From an uncultured delta proteobacterium (GTDB lineage Bacteria; Desulfobacterota; Desulfuromonadia; Desulfuromonadales; JACZKF01): DNA of 64,000 bases. The first letter of the stretch is position 1. Each line of letters starts with the position of its first letter. A model generated the notes under the pieces. It was not told where the DNA came from, searched no databases, and was given only the letters and a program-made list of their open reading frames with translations. Both the position numbers and the translations under genes were made by a program. The stretch spans positions 640,001 through 704,000 of the forward strand of contig CAWFKQ010000016.1 in the NCBI GenBank assembly GCA_963816395.1, written 5' to 3'. Positions 22,995 through 32,781 of this stretch are shown piece after piece.

Positions 22995-23576
22995 ATGATA
23001 ATGAATACCATCTGGCTCTTGCTACTCTCTGTCAGTATCGTTTTTGCGATATTCACCGGCAATCTGGAGGCCTTTACCAACTCGATTTTTGAAGGCGCCA
23101 AATCGGCGGTTGAGATTTCTCTCTTTCTGCTGGGGATCGTATCGGTCTGGATGGGGATAACCAGGATACTGGAAGACTCCGGGCTGATCTATCGGATCGC
23201 GCACCTGTTCAAGCCGATCATATCCCGCCTGTTCAAAAACATACCCGACGATCATCCTTCGATTTCGGCAATCACCCTCAATTTACTCGCCAACCTGTTC
23301 GGTCTGGGTAATGCCGCAACCCCTCTGGGGATCAAGGCCATGCAGGAACTCGATACCCTCAATCAGGACAAGGGCACCATCACAGCCGAAATGATGATTT
23401 TCATTGTAATAAATACTGCCAGCGTCCAGTTGATCCCATTTTCCGTCATCGGCATACTTGCCAGCTTCGGCGACCCAAATCCGGCCGCGGTTGTGCTTCC
23501 GGTACTGATTGCCACCGTCGTCTCTGCAATGGCAGCCTTGATGATCCTGTTTTCGTTCCGGAGGGTTTTAAAATGA
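22995..23576 (+). CDS. spmA: Spore maturation protein A-like membrane protein (nucleoside recognition/Gate domain)
   Basis: MNTIW..., ANLFGLGNAATPLGIKAMQEL, INTASVQLIP. Confidence 0.85.
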   Translation: MIMNTIWLLLLSVSIVFAIFTGNLEAFTNSIFEGAKSAVEISLFLLGIVSVWMGITRILEDSGLIYRIAHLFKPIISRLFKNIPDDHPSISAITLNLLANLFGLGNAATPLGIKAMQELDTLNQDKGTITAEMMIFIVINTASVQLIPFSVIGILASFGDPNPAAVVLPVLIATVVSAMAALMILFSFRRVLK

Positions 23577-24103
23577 TCAAGTACGTCAACTACATCTCAC
23601 TGCTTATTATCCCGTTATTCATTCTGTTTGCGATCCTGTACGGGGCTTTCAAGAAGGTCAGAGTTTATGACTCCTTCGTCGCAGGGGCCAAAGAAGGGCC
23701 GGCCATTATCCTCAACATTTTTCCCTACCTGCTGACGATTTTCATCGCCATAAAAGGTTTTCAGGCTTCCGGCGCCTTTGATTACGTAAGAAATGCTTTT
23801 TACAGCGTATTTTCCTTTCTGGATATACCGATAGAAGTCATCTCGATGTCGATCATCAAGCCTCTCTCCGGCAGCGCTGCAACCGCCTATTTTGCCGACA
23901 TCGTCAAAACCACCGGCCCGGACTCGATGGCCACCAAAATGTCGGCGGTTATCATGGGAAGCGCCGAGACCACTTTTTATGTGCTGGCAGTTTACCTTGG
24001 CGCGGTGAGTATCAAAAAGACCCGTTATCTGGTGCCGGTATGTCTGATTGCCGATTTCATTGGAGTCATTGTCGCCGTTTACGTGGTGAGGTGGATTTTC
24101 TAG
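23573..24103 (+). CDS. spmB: Spore maturation protein B-like membrane protein
   Basis: VYDSFVAGAKEG, KPLSGS, GPDS, GSAETTFYVLAVYLG. ATGA overlap with spmA. Confidence 0.85.
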   Translation: MIKYVNYISLLIIPLFILFAILYGAFKKVRVYDSFVAGAKEGPAIILNIFPYLLTIFIAIKGFQASGAFDYVRNAFYSVFSFLDIPIEVISMSIIKPLSGSAATAYFADIVKTTGPDSMATKMSAVIMGSAETTFYVLAVYLGAVSIKKTRYLVPVCLIADFIGVIVAVYVVRWIF

Positions 24104-24807
24104 ATGTGCAGACTTCTGGGCATCACCAATTTTGCCTATTCCAGGCATCACAAAATCGTCGAGAACTTCTGTGAACTCGCCCATGCCGGCGTCGTCATGG
24201 CGGGTGATCCTCCCGGGCACGCGGATGGCTGGGGGCTGGCCTTCTATCAGGGGGGGGACTCACTGTCCACAAAAGCGGTGTCAATCTGGTGCAGGAGACG
24301 GATAAAGTCCTCGGATTATTGAGCGCGACGGGCAACTCCCCGGTCATGATCCTTCATCTGCGCAAATCTGCCTGGGTCGACACCACCTGCACCCGGCACG
24401 CCCATCCCTTCCATTACAACGACGTGGTTTTTTTTCATAACGGAACTGTCTATGATTACAAGGGGTTGATTCCTGCCATCAAGACCCCATGCCGCGAAGA
24501 TGCGCTGGACACGGAAGTCCTCTTTCATCATTTCATGAGTGCCGAAGATCCGGAGTTGGGCCGGGCTTTTCTGGATACTGTCTCCACAATCAAGAGACGG
24601 GAATACAGGTTTTCCGCCCTGAATTGCGTTTTCAGCGATGGAGCCCGATTATTTGCTTACCGTGATTATACGAAGGAACCGGATTACTTCTCCCTCTACA
24701 AGGCTTATCGGGAAGCCTCCTGCCTCATTTCCTCGCAGCCGCTTGATGACAGTATTCAATGGGAGATGATGGGGAAGGGAGAATTCTTGGCGATCGAGGT
24801 TGGGTAA
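24104..24807 (+). CDS. Class II (Ntn) glutamine amidotransferase, YafJ/EgtC-like; frameshift at G8 tract 24250-24257
   Basis: N-terminal MCRLLG and HADGWGLAFY in one frame; HLRKS, HPF, FHNG, DTE in the next frame (24289..24807). Confidence 0.8.
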
Positions 24808-24822
24808 CCCGGCGCGTGTGCG

Positions 24823-25973
24823 ATGAAGATCTGCCTGCTCGAACCTTTCCATGCTGGCTCCCACGCCGCCTGGGCCGAAGAGTACGCCCGCTGCAGCCGG
24901 CACGATGTCGAGCTGCTGACCCTGAGCGGACGGCACTGGAAGTGGCGCATGCATGGTGGAGCGGTGACCCTGGCGCGGCAGTTCCTGGCCAGCGGCTGCG
25001 ACCCTGACCTGCTTCTCGTCAGCGACATGCTCGATCTGACCACCTTTCTCGCCCTGACCCGCCGCAGAACGTCCGGTCTGCCGACGGTCCTCTATTTCCA
25101 CGAAAACCAGCTCACCTACCCCTGGTCGCCGGCCGATGCCGACCCGATCCGGCAGCGCGATGCCCACTATGCGTTCATCAATTACACCAGCGCCCTGGCC
25201 GCTGACGCCGTGCTGTTCAACTCCCGCTATCATCTCGAAGCCTTCGCCGGGGAATTGCCGGCCTTTCTCAAGAGCTTCCCCGATCAGAACGAGCTCGGGA
25301 GCCTGGCGCTGCTGGCGGCCAAAAGCGCCGTGCTGCCGTTGGCGCTCGATCTGCAGCGTCTCGACCAATACCGGTCGGAACAGCCGAAGGCCGCGGCAGC
25401 ACCGCCGCTGATCCTCTGGAATCACCGCTGGGAGTACGACAAGGGTCCCGAGGAATTCTTCGCAGCGCTCTATCGCCTGCAGGACGAAGGTCTCCCCTTC
25501 GAAGTGGCGATCCTCGGCGAAGCGTACCGCAATGTACCGCCGATCTTCGCCGAAGCGCGGCGGCGGCTCGGCAAGCGGCTCGTCCAGTTCGGTTACGCCC
25601 GGGATTTCGCCGAATATGCCCGCTGGCTCTGGCGGGCCGACATCCTGCCGGTCACCTCCCGCCACGACTTCTTCGGGGCCAGCGTCGTGCAGGCGATCTA
25701 CTGTCACTGCACGCCCCTGCTGCCGAGACGGCTCGCTTACCCCGAGCACCTGCCGGAATCGCTGCAGGACCGTTTCCTCTATGACGGCTTCGAAGGCCTG
25801 CTGAGCCGACTGCGCGAGATGCTCGGAAATCCGCCCCGGGAGACGGGGGAACTGCGCGCCCATGTCGCCCGGTATGACTGGGGGAGTTGGCCGGGCGTTA
25901 TGATGATCTCTTGGGGACACTCGGGGTTGAGGGCGCCGTCGCCATCAGGGATTCTCCAAGCGGCGTCCGCTAG
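24823..25973 (+). CDS. GT4 glycosyltransferase with DUF3524 (GTDC1/QTMAN-like); C-terminal frameshift near 25880
   Basis: LEPFHAGSH, WKWRMHGGA, LYFHENQLTYP, WNHRWEYDKGP, HDFFG. The corrected end reads YDWGELAGRYDDLL...TAG 25973. Confidence 0.8.
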
Positions 25974-26010
25974 GGAGAGGCGAAAAGGATTGGGCCTTGG
26001 GACAGTTCCG

Positions 26011-26057
26011 GGGGTCAGAGCTCCAAATATCAAATTGATATTTGGAGCTTTGACCCC
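26011..26057. repeat. 47-bp near-perfect palindrome (REP-like), copy 1
   Basis: GGGGTCAGAGCTCCAAATATCAAATTGATATTTGGAGCTTTGACCCC between convergent genes. Confidence 0.85.
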
Positions 26058-26207
26058 TTAGCCTCCTCACTGGCAGGCAGCACGTGGCTCACTTGCAATT
26101 TGAATCCACCCCCTCGCCCCCGGCAGATGGCCCCTGGGTGAGCAGGTGAAATCGATAGCTGCAACAAGCCTTATGTGAAAACGGGTCAGAATGTACTGGG
26201 GATTTAT

Positions 26208-27131
26208 TCAGCTCACAGGCGTAGCAAAGCTCCTGGGCTTGATGGTCAGGATCGAACAGCTGATTTTTTCCAGAACGAATTCGGCGGTGTTGCCGACGAG
26301 GAGACCCGGCAGACCGGTCCTTGCCACCGTTCCCATCACGACGATATCGGGCTTTTTCTTTTCGATCACCCCGGCCAGAGTCGGCCCCGGCTCCCCCTTG
26401 AACAGACTCGAGCGGATCGGGGTGTCGGCATAGGGGAGGAGCAAACGGTCCAGCCATTCCCGGCGGGTCTTCTGCACATTTTCAGCCAAGGTAGAGATTT
26501 CCTCTTGGCTCACCCTGAAACGTGGTCCGCGCAACATTTCCTCGCCATCGAGCTGCCAGGCGTGCACCACATCGATGTTCGCCCGCTCTATTTTCGCCAG
26601 AGATATCCCGATTTTCAGAAGATCTGCATGCAGGCGCAGTTTCTCCGGATCGGAAGGGTCCGGGTCGACAGCGATGAGGATTTTGCCGAACGGTTTTCTC
26701 TGCGTCGGCTTGATGATCCACAGCGGGCAGGGACATTTGCGCAGCAGATGCAGATCGGTACTGTCGAGAGACTTTTTGCCCGACCGGTTTTTCGGTTTGA
26801 TGATCAGGTCATGCGCATCGGAGAGTACGGCGCGGATCAGTTCGATAAAAGGCTTGCCGGTCAGGATTTTGATCTCTGCCTTTACCGCGGGGTCGAGGCG
26901 CCCGGCCAGCTTCTGGAGATGGTTCCGAGCCAGCGTACGGGCGGCATCCTCCAGCGCATTCAGTCGGGTTCTCGACAGAAAATAGCTGGCCGCCCTGGGG
27001 ATTTCTTCCATGACGATGGCAAGGGTGAGACGTGCCTGGTTGCTACTGGCCAGACGGCTGGCCCGGTCGATCGCGGCCATGTCCTCCTTGCCGCCGCAGG
27101 AAGCGAATAAAATATTTTTAAAACGCTCCAT
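26208..27131 (-). CDS. Tandem universal stress protein (UspE-like)
   Basis: FKNILF, DLHLLRKCPCPLW, DIVVMGTVARTGLPGLLVGNTAE. Confidence 0.9.
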   Translation of the reverse strand: MERFKNILFASCGGKEDMAAIDRASRLASSNQARLTLAIVMEEIPRAASYFLSRTRLNALEDAARTLARNHLQKLAGRLDPAVKAEIKILTGKPFIELIRAVLSDAHDLIIKPKNRSGKKSLDSTDLHLLRKCPCPLWIIKPTQRKPFGKILIAVDPDPSDPEKLRLHADLLKIGISLAKIERANIDVVHAWQLDGEEMLRGPRFRVSQEEISTLAENVQKTRREWLDRLLLPYADTPIRSSLFKGEPGPTLAGVIEKKKPDIVVMGTVARTGLPGLLVGNTAEFVLEKISCSILTIKPRSFATPVS

Positions 27132-27231
27132 CGAAAAGCCCCCTGGTTGGTTCTGCTAGTATATCATCTGTATTTTACCTAATAAGAATTTGCTTGTGGA
27201 AACGGAGCTTTCTCTGCGGCTACGCTGAACA

Positions 27232-29505
27232 GTGGCTGATATGTCAAGTACGCAAACGGAAGAACACAGGCCGGAAAAAACAACGGTGCTGCTTGCCCTT
27301 GTTCCAGGGGTGCTGTTTTTATTGCTGCTCTGCGCCCTGTCCGTCCTTCCGCTTCCCTGGCGGCTGATACAGCCATGGCTTCCCTCTTTGGACATCGAAC
27401 TGGCCATTTACGTCGATGGCCTGGCCGCCCAGTTCCTCCTCCTGATCACCGGGGTCGGCACTCTGGTGTTCATTTACGGCGCCGGCTATCTGGCAGGCGA
27501 TCCCCGCCGGCACCGCGTCTTCATCCTGCTGCTTCTGTTCATGACAGCCATGATCGGTGCGGTGGTCAGCAATCATCTTCTGGTGCTTTTCCTTTTCTGG
27601 GAGCTGACCAGTGTGCTCTCCTTTCTGCTGGTAGGTTTCGACCATGCGCAGGAGGCGAGCCGCAAATCGGCGCTGCAGGCGCTCCTGGTCACCGGCGCCG
27701 GCGGGTTGTGCCTGTTGGCCGGGATGATTCTGCTCGGACAGATCGCCGGAACCTACGACATCCAGTCTCTCCTCGCCGGCGCCCCGGCATTTCTGGACGA
27801 TCCGCGTCTTCGGCCGGCACTGATCCTGATCTTCCTTGGCGCATTTACCAAATCGGCGCAATTCCCCTTTCATTTCTGGCTGCCGAACGCCATGGCCGCG
27901 CCGACCCCGGTGAGTGCCTACCTGCATTCGGCGACGATGGTCAAACTGGGGATCTATCTGCTGGCGCGCCTCGACGCCGCGTTCAGCGATCTGCTCTTCT
28001 GGGAGTACGCGCTGGTCGGCGTCGGCACGCTCACGGCGGTTTTCGCCGCCTTCCAGACCCTGTACGAACGCGACCTCAAGCGCATTCTCGCCTGGTCGAC
28101 GGTGGCGACGCTGGGGACGCTGACCATGCTTGTCGGCCTGCCCGGAGAAGGCGCCGCCCTGGCGGTTGCCACCCTCTTTTTCGCCCATGCGCTGTACAAG
28201 GCGCCGCTCTTCTTCGTCGCCGGCAACCTCGATCATGGCGCCGGCACCCGCGATATCGACAAATTGACCGGCATGCGCCGCTACATGCCGTGGACCGCCG
28301 CCGTCGCCCTGCTGGCCGGTCTGTCGATGGCCGGACTGCCGCTGACCTTCGGCTTCGTCGCCAAGGACGCCATCACTTTCGCCAAAGCGCAGGCCGAAGT
28401 CCTGCACCTGGTGAGCTATGCCACGGTGTTCATCAACGGCATCGCCGTAGCGGTGGCCGCCATCGCCGCCGTGCGCATCTTCTGGGGGAAGGATACGGTG
28501 CCGCGCCAGGCGCATCCGCATGAGGCGCCTTTCAGCATGCTCTTCCCCCCGCTGGCGCTGGTAGCGGTCGGACTGCTTTTCGGTGTCGCCCCGACGCTGG
28601 TCGATCCCGTCCTCGGTGCCGCGGCGCGGGCCATCGCGCCCGGCTTCGCAGCGGGAGCAGCCGAGACCGCCTACGATCTCCTGCCGGTCCTGGAGGCGAC
28701 GCTGGGCACTATCCTGTTCGGTGTTCTGGCCTATTGGCAGTGGGACCGGCTGCATCGTCTCGTCAACCGTATCCGCCACTTGGAACATTACGGCCCGGAA
28801 TCGTGGTACCGGAATATTATCGGATTTCTGCCGCAGATAGCTTCCCGGCAAACCCGCCTGCTGCAGCATGGCCTGTTGCCCGGTTACCTGCTGACGCTGA
28901 TCGGCGGGGCCGTGCTGTTGATGCTGTTGTTTCTTTTCGCCGCGCGCCCGGCCGGGGTTTGGCCGGCCGTCTCGACGCTGAGCGCGCCGGTCCTCGGCGC
29001 CTCCCTGCTTATCGCCGCCGGCGCTGTCGCCGCCCTTTGCGTACGCGATCATCTGGTGCTGCTGCTGGTGGCGGGGCTGGTCGGCTACGGCAGCGCCATT
29101 CTCTTTCTTTTTACCGGCGCCCCCGACCTGGCTTTTACCCAGTTTGCCGTCGAAACGATCTTCGTGGTGGTCGTCGCCTCCGTCCTGCTCCGGCTGCGCC
29201 GGCACCCGGCGGCGGTAAAGGCTCCTGCCGAAAAACGATTGCGGCCACTGGCGCTCGGCATTTCGATCGCTTTCGGCGCCCTCCTGACCGTGCTGGTGCT
29301 GCTGGTCTCCGGCCGCCCTTTCGATACGCAGCTGTCGGACTTTTTCGCGGCGCAGAGCCTGCCGGCAGCGCACGGACGCAATGTCGTCAACGTCATCATC
29401 GTCGATTTTCGCGCCCTCGATACTCTCGGTGAAATTGCGGTGCTGGCCTTTGCCCTGCTTGCCGCCCTGCCCCTGCTCAAGATCGCACGCCGGAGGCGGC
29501 CATGA
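27232..29505 (+). CDS. mrpA: Mrp Na+/H+ antiporter subunit A
   Basis: [66 protein letters not shown]. Confidence 0.93.
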   Translation: MADMSSTQTEEHRPEKTTVLLALVPGVLFLLLLCALSVLPLPWRLIQPWLPSLDIELAIYVDGLAAQFLLLITGVGTLVFIYGAGYLAGDPRRHRVFILLLLFMTAMIGAVVSNHLLVLFLFWELTSVLSFLLVGFDHAQEASRKSALQALLVTGAGGLCLLAGMILLGQIAGTYDIQSLLAGAPAFLDDPRLRPALILIFLGAFTKSAQFPFHFWLPNAMAAPTPVSAYLHSATMVKLGIYLLARLDAAFSDLLFWEYALVGVGTLTAVFAAFQTLYERDLKRILAWSTVATLGTLTMLVGLPGEGAALAVATLFFAHALYKAPLFFVAGNLDHGAGTRDIDKLTGMRRYMPWTAAVALLAGLSMAGLPLTFGFVAKDAITFAKAQAEVLHLVSYATVFINGIAVAVAAIAAVRIFWGKDTVPRQAHPHEAPFSMLFPPLALVAVGLLFGVAPTLVDPVLGAAARAIAPGFAAGAAETAYDLLPVLEATLGTILFGVLAYWQWDRLHRLVNRIRHLEHYGPESWYRNIIGFLPQIASRQTRLLQHGLLPGYLLTLIGGAVLLMLLFLFAARPAGVWPAVSTLSAPVLGASLLIAAGAVAALCVRDHLVLLLVAGLVGYGSAILFLFTGAPDLAFTQFAVETIFVVVVASVLLRLRRHPAAVKAPAEKRLRPLALGISIAFGALLTVLVLLVSGRPFDTQLSDFFAAQSLPAAHGRNVVNVIIVDFRALDTLGEIAVLAFALLAALPLLKIARRRRP

Positions 29506-29933
29506 CGCCGCGGGCACTGATCGCCGAAGTTTTCATGCGCCTGCTTTATCCGCTGCTGCTGCTCGCTTCCGTCTGGGTGCTGCTGCGCGGCCACAATGCT
29601 CCGGGCGGCGGCTTTATCGGCGGGCTGCTGGCGGTGGCGGCAAGCGCCGCCTATGCCCTGGTCTTCGGCGCCGCACCGGCCCTGCGGCGACTGCCGCTGC
29701 AGCCCGTGCGCCTCGCCGGCTGCGGCGTCCTGCTGGCCGTGCTGAGCGGCATGCCGGCGCTGCTGCAGGGATCGCCCTTTCTCACCCACCGCTGGGCAAG
29801 CCTTCCCCTGGGCGGAACGCAGCTGCCGCTTTCCACGGTGATCCTCTTCGATCTCGGCGTCTATCTCTGCGTCTGGGGGGCGATCGGCGGCTATTGTCTG
29901 GGGCTGGTGGGCGCCATCGAGGAGGAAGGATGA
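29502..29933 (+). CDS. mrpB: Mrp antiporter subunit B
   Basis: [21 protein letters not shown]. Confidence 0.92.
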   Translation: MTPRALIAEVFMRLLYPLLLLASVWVLLRGHNAPGGGFIGGLLAVAASAAYALVFGAAPALRRLPLQPVRLAGCGVLLAVLSGMPALLQGSPFLTHRWASLPLGGTQLPLSTVILFDLGVYLCVWGAIGGYCLGLVGAIEEEG

Positions 29934-30316
29934 TCTGGGCGGTGGCTTTGGCCCTGGGGGTCGTGGTCGCGGCGGGCACCTACCTGGCCCTGTCGCGCGA
30001 TCTGCTGCGCTGCCTGATCGGCCTGGCCCTCCTCGGCAACGGCATCAACCTGCTGCTGTTCGCCAGCGGCCGCCTCGGCAGCAATGCCCCGCCGGTGATC
30101 CGCGCCAGCGAATCGCTTCTCGAAGCGGCCGCCAATCCGCTGCCGCAGGCGCTGACCCTGACCGCCATCGTCATCAGTTTCGCCTTGCTCTGCTTTTCCC
30201 TGGTTCTGGCGGTGCGGATCGTCCGCTTGACGGGGAGCGACGACATCCATCAGCTGCGGGCGGCCGAGCCGCCGTCTGCCGATGCCGTCAAGCCGGCACT
30301 CGAGGAGGCGCCGTGA
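29930..30316 (+). CDS. mrpC: Mrp antiporter subunit C
   Basis: ATG 29930 overlaps the mrpB stop. [14 protein letters not shown]. Confidence 0.92.
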   Translation: MIWAVALALGVVVAAGTYLALSRDLLRCLIGLALLGNGINLLLFASGRLGSNAPPVIRASESLLEAAANPLPQALTLTAIVISFALLCFSLVLAVRIVRLTGSDDIHQLRAAEPPSADAVKPALEEAP

Positions 30317-31770
30317 CGCTGGCCCTTTCCCCTCTGCTGGTCCCCTTGGCCACCGCCTTCCTCTGTACGCTGACGATGTCCGCGCCGCGCCTGCAGCGGG
30401 GGATCAGCTTCGGCGGCGCCCTGGCGCTGCTGTCCTGTGCCGTCGCCCTGCTGCGGCAGGTCGTCGCCCACGGAACGGTGACGCTGGTGGCCGGCAACTG
30501 GCCGCTCCCCTTCGGCATCGAATTTGCCGCCGATCGCCTTGGCGCCGCCCTCGTTCTGGTCGCCGCCCTGATGCTGACGATCACTATTCTGTGGCAGAAG
30601 AGCGATGTCGATGCCGCGCCGCCCTCACCGGCGCTGCACCCGCTGCTGCACGGGCTGGTGGCCGGCGCGAGCGGCGCCTTCCTGACCGCCGACCTTTTCA
30701 ATCTGTACGTCTGGTTCGAAGTGGCGCTGATCTGCTCTCTCGGCCTGCTGGCACTGGGGGGCAGTCTGCGCCAGCTCGACGCCACGCTCAAATATTTCGC
30801 CCTCAATCTGGTCGGCACCCTGCTGCTGCTGACCGCCGTCGCCCTGCTCTACGCGACCACCGGTCAGCTCAATTTCGCCGCCCTGGGAGCCGCCGCGGCG
30901 CGCCAGGATGCCGCCCTCATGCTGCCCCTCATCGGTCTGCTGCTGATCGCCTTTCTGGTCAAGGCGGCGGCCTTCCCCTTCTTTGCCTGGCTCCCTGCCT
31001 CCTATCACACCCTGCCGGCGCCGGTGCTGGCGCTCTTTTCCGCCCTGCTCAGCAAGATCGGCATCTATGCGATCATCCGCACCCTGGGCGCGCTCTTTCA
31101 CCCGGCGCCGGGGCTGCTCTTCGCGGTCCTCGGCTGGATCGCCCTGCTGTCGATGCTGACCGGCGTCCTCGGCGCCGCCTACCACTGGGATATGCGGCGC
31201 ATTCTGGCCTTTCACAGCGTCAGTCAGATCGGCTACATCCTGCTCGGCATCGCCCTGGCCTCCCGCGCCGGGAACGCCGCGGCCATCTTCTTCACCCTCC
31301 ATCACAGCACGGTCAAGGCCGGCCTCTTCCTGACCGCCGCCCTCGTCTGCCGCCACACCGGCCATTACGACCTGCGGCGGATCGGCGGGCTGTACGCCGC
31401 CCGCCCCCGCCTGGCGGTTCTCTTTCTGCTGCTCGCCCTGTCGCTGGTCGGGATCCCCCCGTTCAGCGGCTTCTGGGGCAAATATTTCATCGTCCTCGAA
31501 AGCATCCGCCAGGGAGAATTTCTCTGGGCCGGCGTCGCCCTGTTCGTCGGCCTGCTGACTTTTTACTCGATGATGAAGATCTGGCTGGAAGCCTTCTGGA
31601 AACCGCATCCGGACAGCGGCTGGCAGCCGCCGAGCGGCGGGCGCCTGCTCCCCGCCTATACCGGTCTGGGGGTTCTTGTCCTGATTGCTTTGTGGATGGG
31701 GTTGTATCCCGAACCGCTGATCGCCTTCGCCGGCGACGCTGCGGCCACCTTGCGGGGAGGTTTGCCATGA
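30313..31770 (+). CDS. mrpD: Mrp antiporter subunit D
   Basis: GNWPLPFGI, DLFNLYVWFEV, WLPASY, GIPPFSGFWGK. Confidence 0.93.
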   Translation: MTLALSPLLVPLATAFLCTLTMSAPRLQRGISFGGALALLSCAVALLRQVVAHGTVTLVAGNWPLPFGIEFAADRLGAALVLVAALMLTITILWQKSDVDAAPPSPALHPLLHGLVAGASGAFLTADLFNLYVWFEVALICSLGLLALGGSLRQLDATLKYFALNLVGTLLLLTAVALLYATTGQLNFAALGAAAARQDAALMLPLIGLLLIAFLVKAAAFPFFAWLPASYHTLPAPVLALFSALLSKIGIYAIIRTLGALFHPAPGLLFAVLGWIALLSMLTGVLGAAYHWDMRRILAFHSVSQIGYILLGIALASRAGNAAAIFFTLHHSTVKAGLFLTAALVCRHTGHYDLRRIGGLYAARPRLAVLFLLLALSLVGIPPFSGFWGKYFIVLESIRQGEFLWAGVALFVGLLTFYSMMKIWLEAFWKPHPDSGWQPPSGGRLLPAYTGLGVLVLIALWMGLYPEPLIAFAGDAAATLRGGLP

Positions 31771-32105
31771 AATGGCGCCCGATCATCCTGCTCCGCCTGT
31801 TTCTCCGCTTTATCGGCCACTGCGTACTGTCGGGGATGACGACGGCAAGAATCATTCTGCAGCGCACCTCGCCACCGGCGGGGCTGGTCCGTCTGCGTTT
31901 CGCGCCGATGACCCCCACCGGCGCCGCGGTGCTGGGAGCGCTGGTGACCCTCACTCCCGGCAGCAGCGCCATCGATATCGATCTGGAACGGGGCGAAATC
32001 CTGCTGCACCTGCTCGACATCAGGACCGCCGATGCGGCCCTGGCAACGATCCGGAACGACTTCGAAGAGGACATCCGCGCCTTGTTTCCGCAGGAGAAGT
32101 CATGA
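31767..32105 (+). CDS. mrpE: Mrp antiporter subunit E
   Basis: ATG 31767. VTLTPGS, LLHLLD. Confidence 0.88.
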   Translation: MKWRPIILLRLFLRFIGHCVLSGMTTARIILQRTSPPAGLVRLRFAPMTPTGAAVLGALVTLTPGSSAIDIDLERGEILLHLLDIRTADAALATIRNDFEEDIRALFPQEKS

Positions 32106-32374
32106 TCACCCTCCTCGTCGTGCTGGTCCTTGGCTGTGTCCTTCTCGGCGCCCTGCGCTTCGTGCGCGGCCCCGCCGATGCCGACCGGATCATTGCCCTC
32201 GACATCCTGTTTTCCGCCGCGGTCGCGTTGTGTGCACTGGCCGCCCTTACCACCAGACGCGTGCTGTTTCTCGATATCGCCATCGGCGTGGTGCTGATCG
32301 GATTTGTCGCCACCCTGGCCTGGGCGCGCCTGGTGGAGAAGGGCCGCCCTGCGCACGGGGAGCCGAAGCCATGA
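32102..32374 (+). CDS. mrpF: Mrp antiporter subunit F
   Basis: RGPADADRIIALD, IGFVATLAWAR. Confidence 0.9.
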   Translation: MITLLVVLVLGCVLLGALRFVRGPADADRIIALDILFSAAVALCALAALTTRRVLFLDIAIGVVLIGFVATLAWARLVEKGRPAHGEPKP

Positions 32375-32670
32375 CCGCAGCCGGCATCCTTCTTCTGAGC
32401 CTCGGGGTTCTCATCCTGCTGCTGGCAAGCGCCGGGCTGTTCGTCCTCCGGGACGCGCTGTCGCGCCAGCATGCGGCCACCAAGGCCGGTTCCCTCGGAA
32501 TCGTCTTCATCATGGCCGGCACCGCCCTTCTCGGCGGCGACTGGTCATGGGGCTGGCGCGCCCTGCTCATCGTCCTGCTCGTCTGGCTGACCATGCCGGT
32601 CGCTTCGCACGTACTCGCCCGTGCCGCCCTCCGCGAAGGGAGCGACGCCGCCGAAAGCGAAGCCTCTTGA
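32371..32670 (+). CDS. mrpG: Mrp antiporter subunit G
   Basis: RQHAATKAGSLG, TMPVASHVLARA. Confidence 0.9.
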   Translation: MTAAGILLLSLGVLILLLASAGLFVLRDALSRQHAATKAGSLGIVFIMAGTALLGGDWSWGWRALLIVLLVWLTMPVASHVLARAALREGSDAAESEAS

Positions 32671-32685
32671 ATCGGGGCCTGCTAA

Positions 32686-32733
32686 GGGGTCAAAGCTCCA
32701 AATTTCAAATTTGATATTTGGAGCTTTGACCCC
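32686..32733. repeat. 48-bp near-perfect palindrome (REP-like), copy 2
   Basis: GGGGTCAAAGCTCCAAATTTCAAATTTGATATTTGGAGCTTTGACCCC between convergent mrpG and the radical SAM gene. Confidence 0.85.
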
Positions 32734-32781
32734 TTGTTTCTCTACTTGTTTCTCTTCCAGGGTCGGCGCCGGCCCTGAACT

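Noticed and set aside
22995..24103. spmAB as evidence of sporulation
   Set aside because: The family occurs in non-sporulating bacteria, and the window encodes Gram-negative outer-membrane proteins.
27232..32670. Membrane-bound hydrogenase (Mbh) or complex I
   Set aside because: Only the seven antiporter subunits are present; no hydrogenase or Fe-S subunits.
26011..32733. Palindromic repeats as a CRISPR array
   Set aside because: Only two copies 6.7 kb apart, no spacers and no cas genes.
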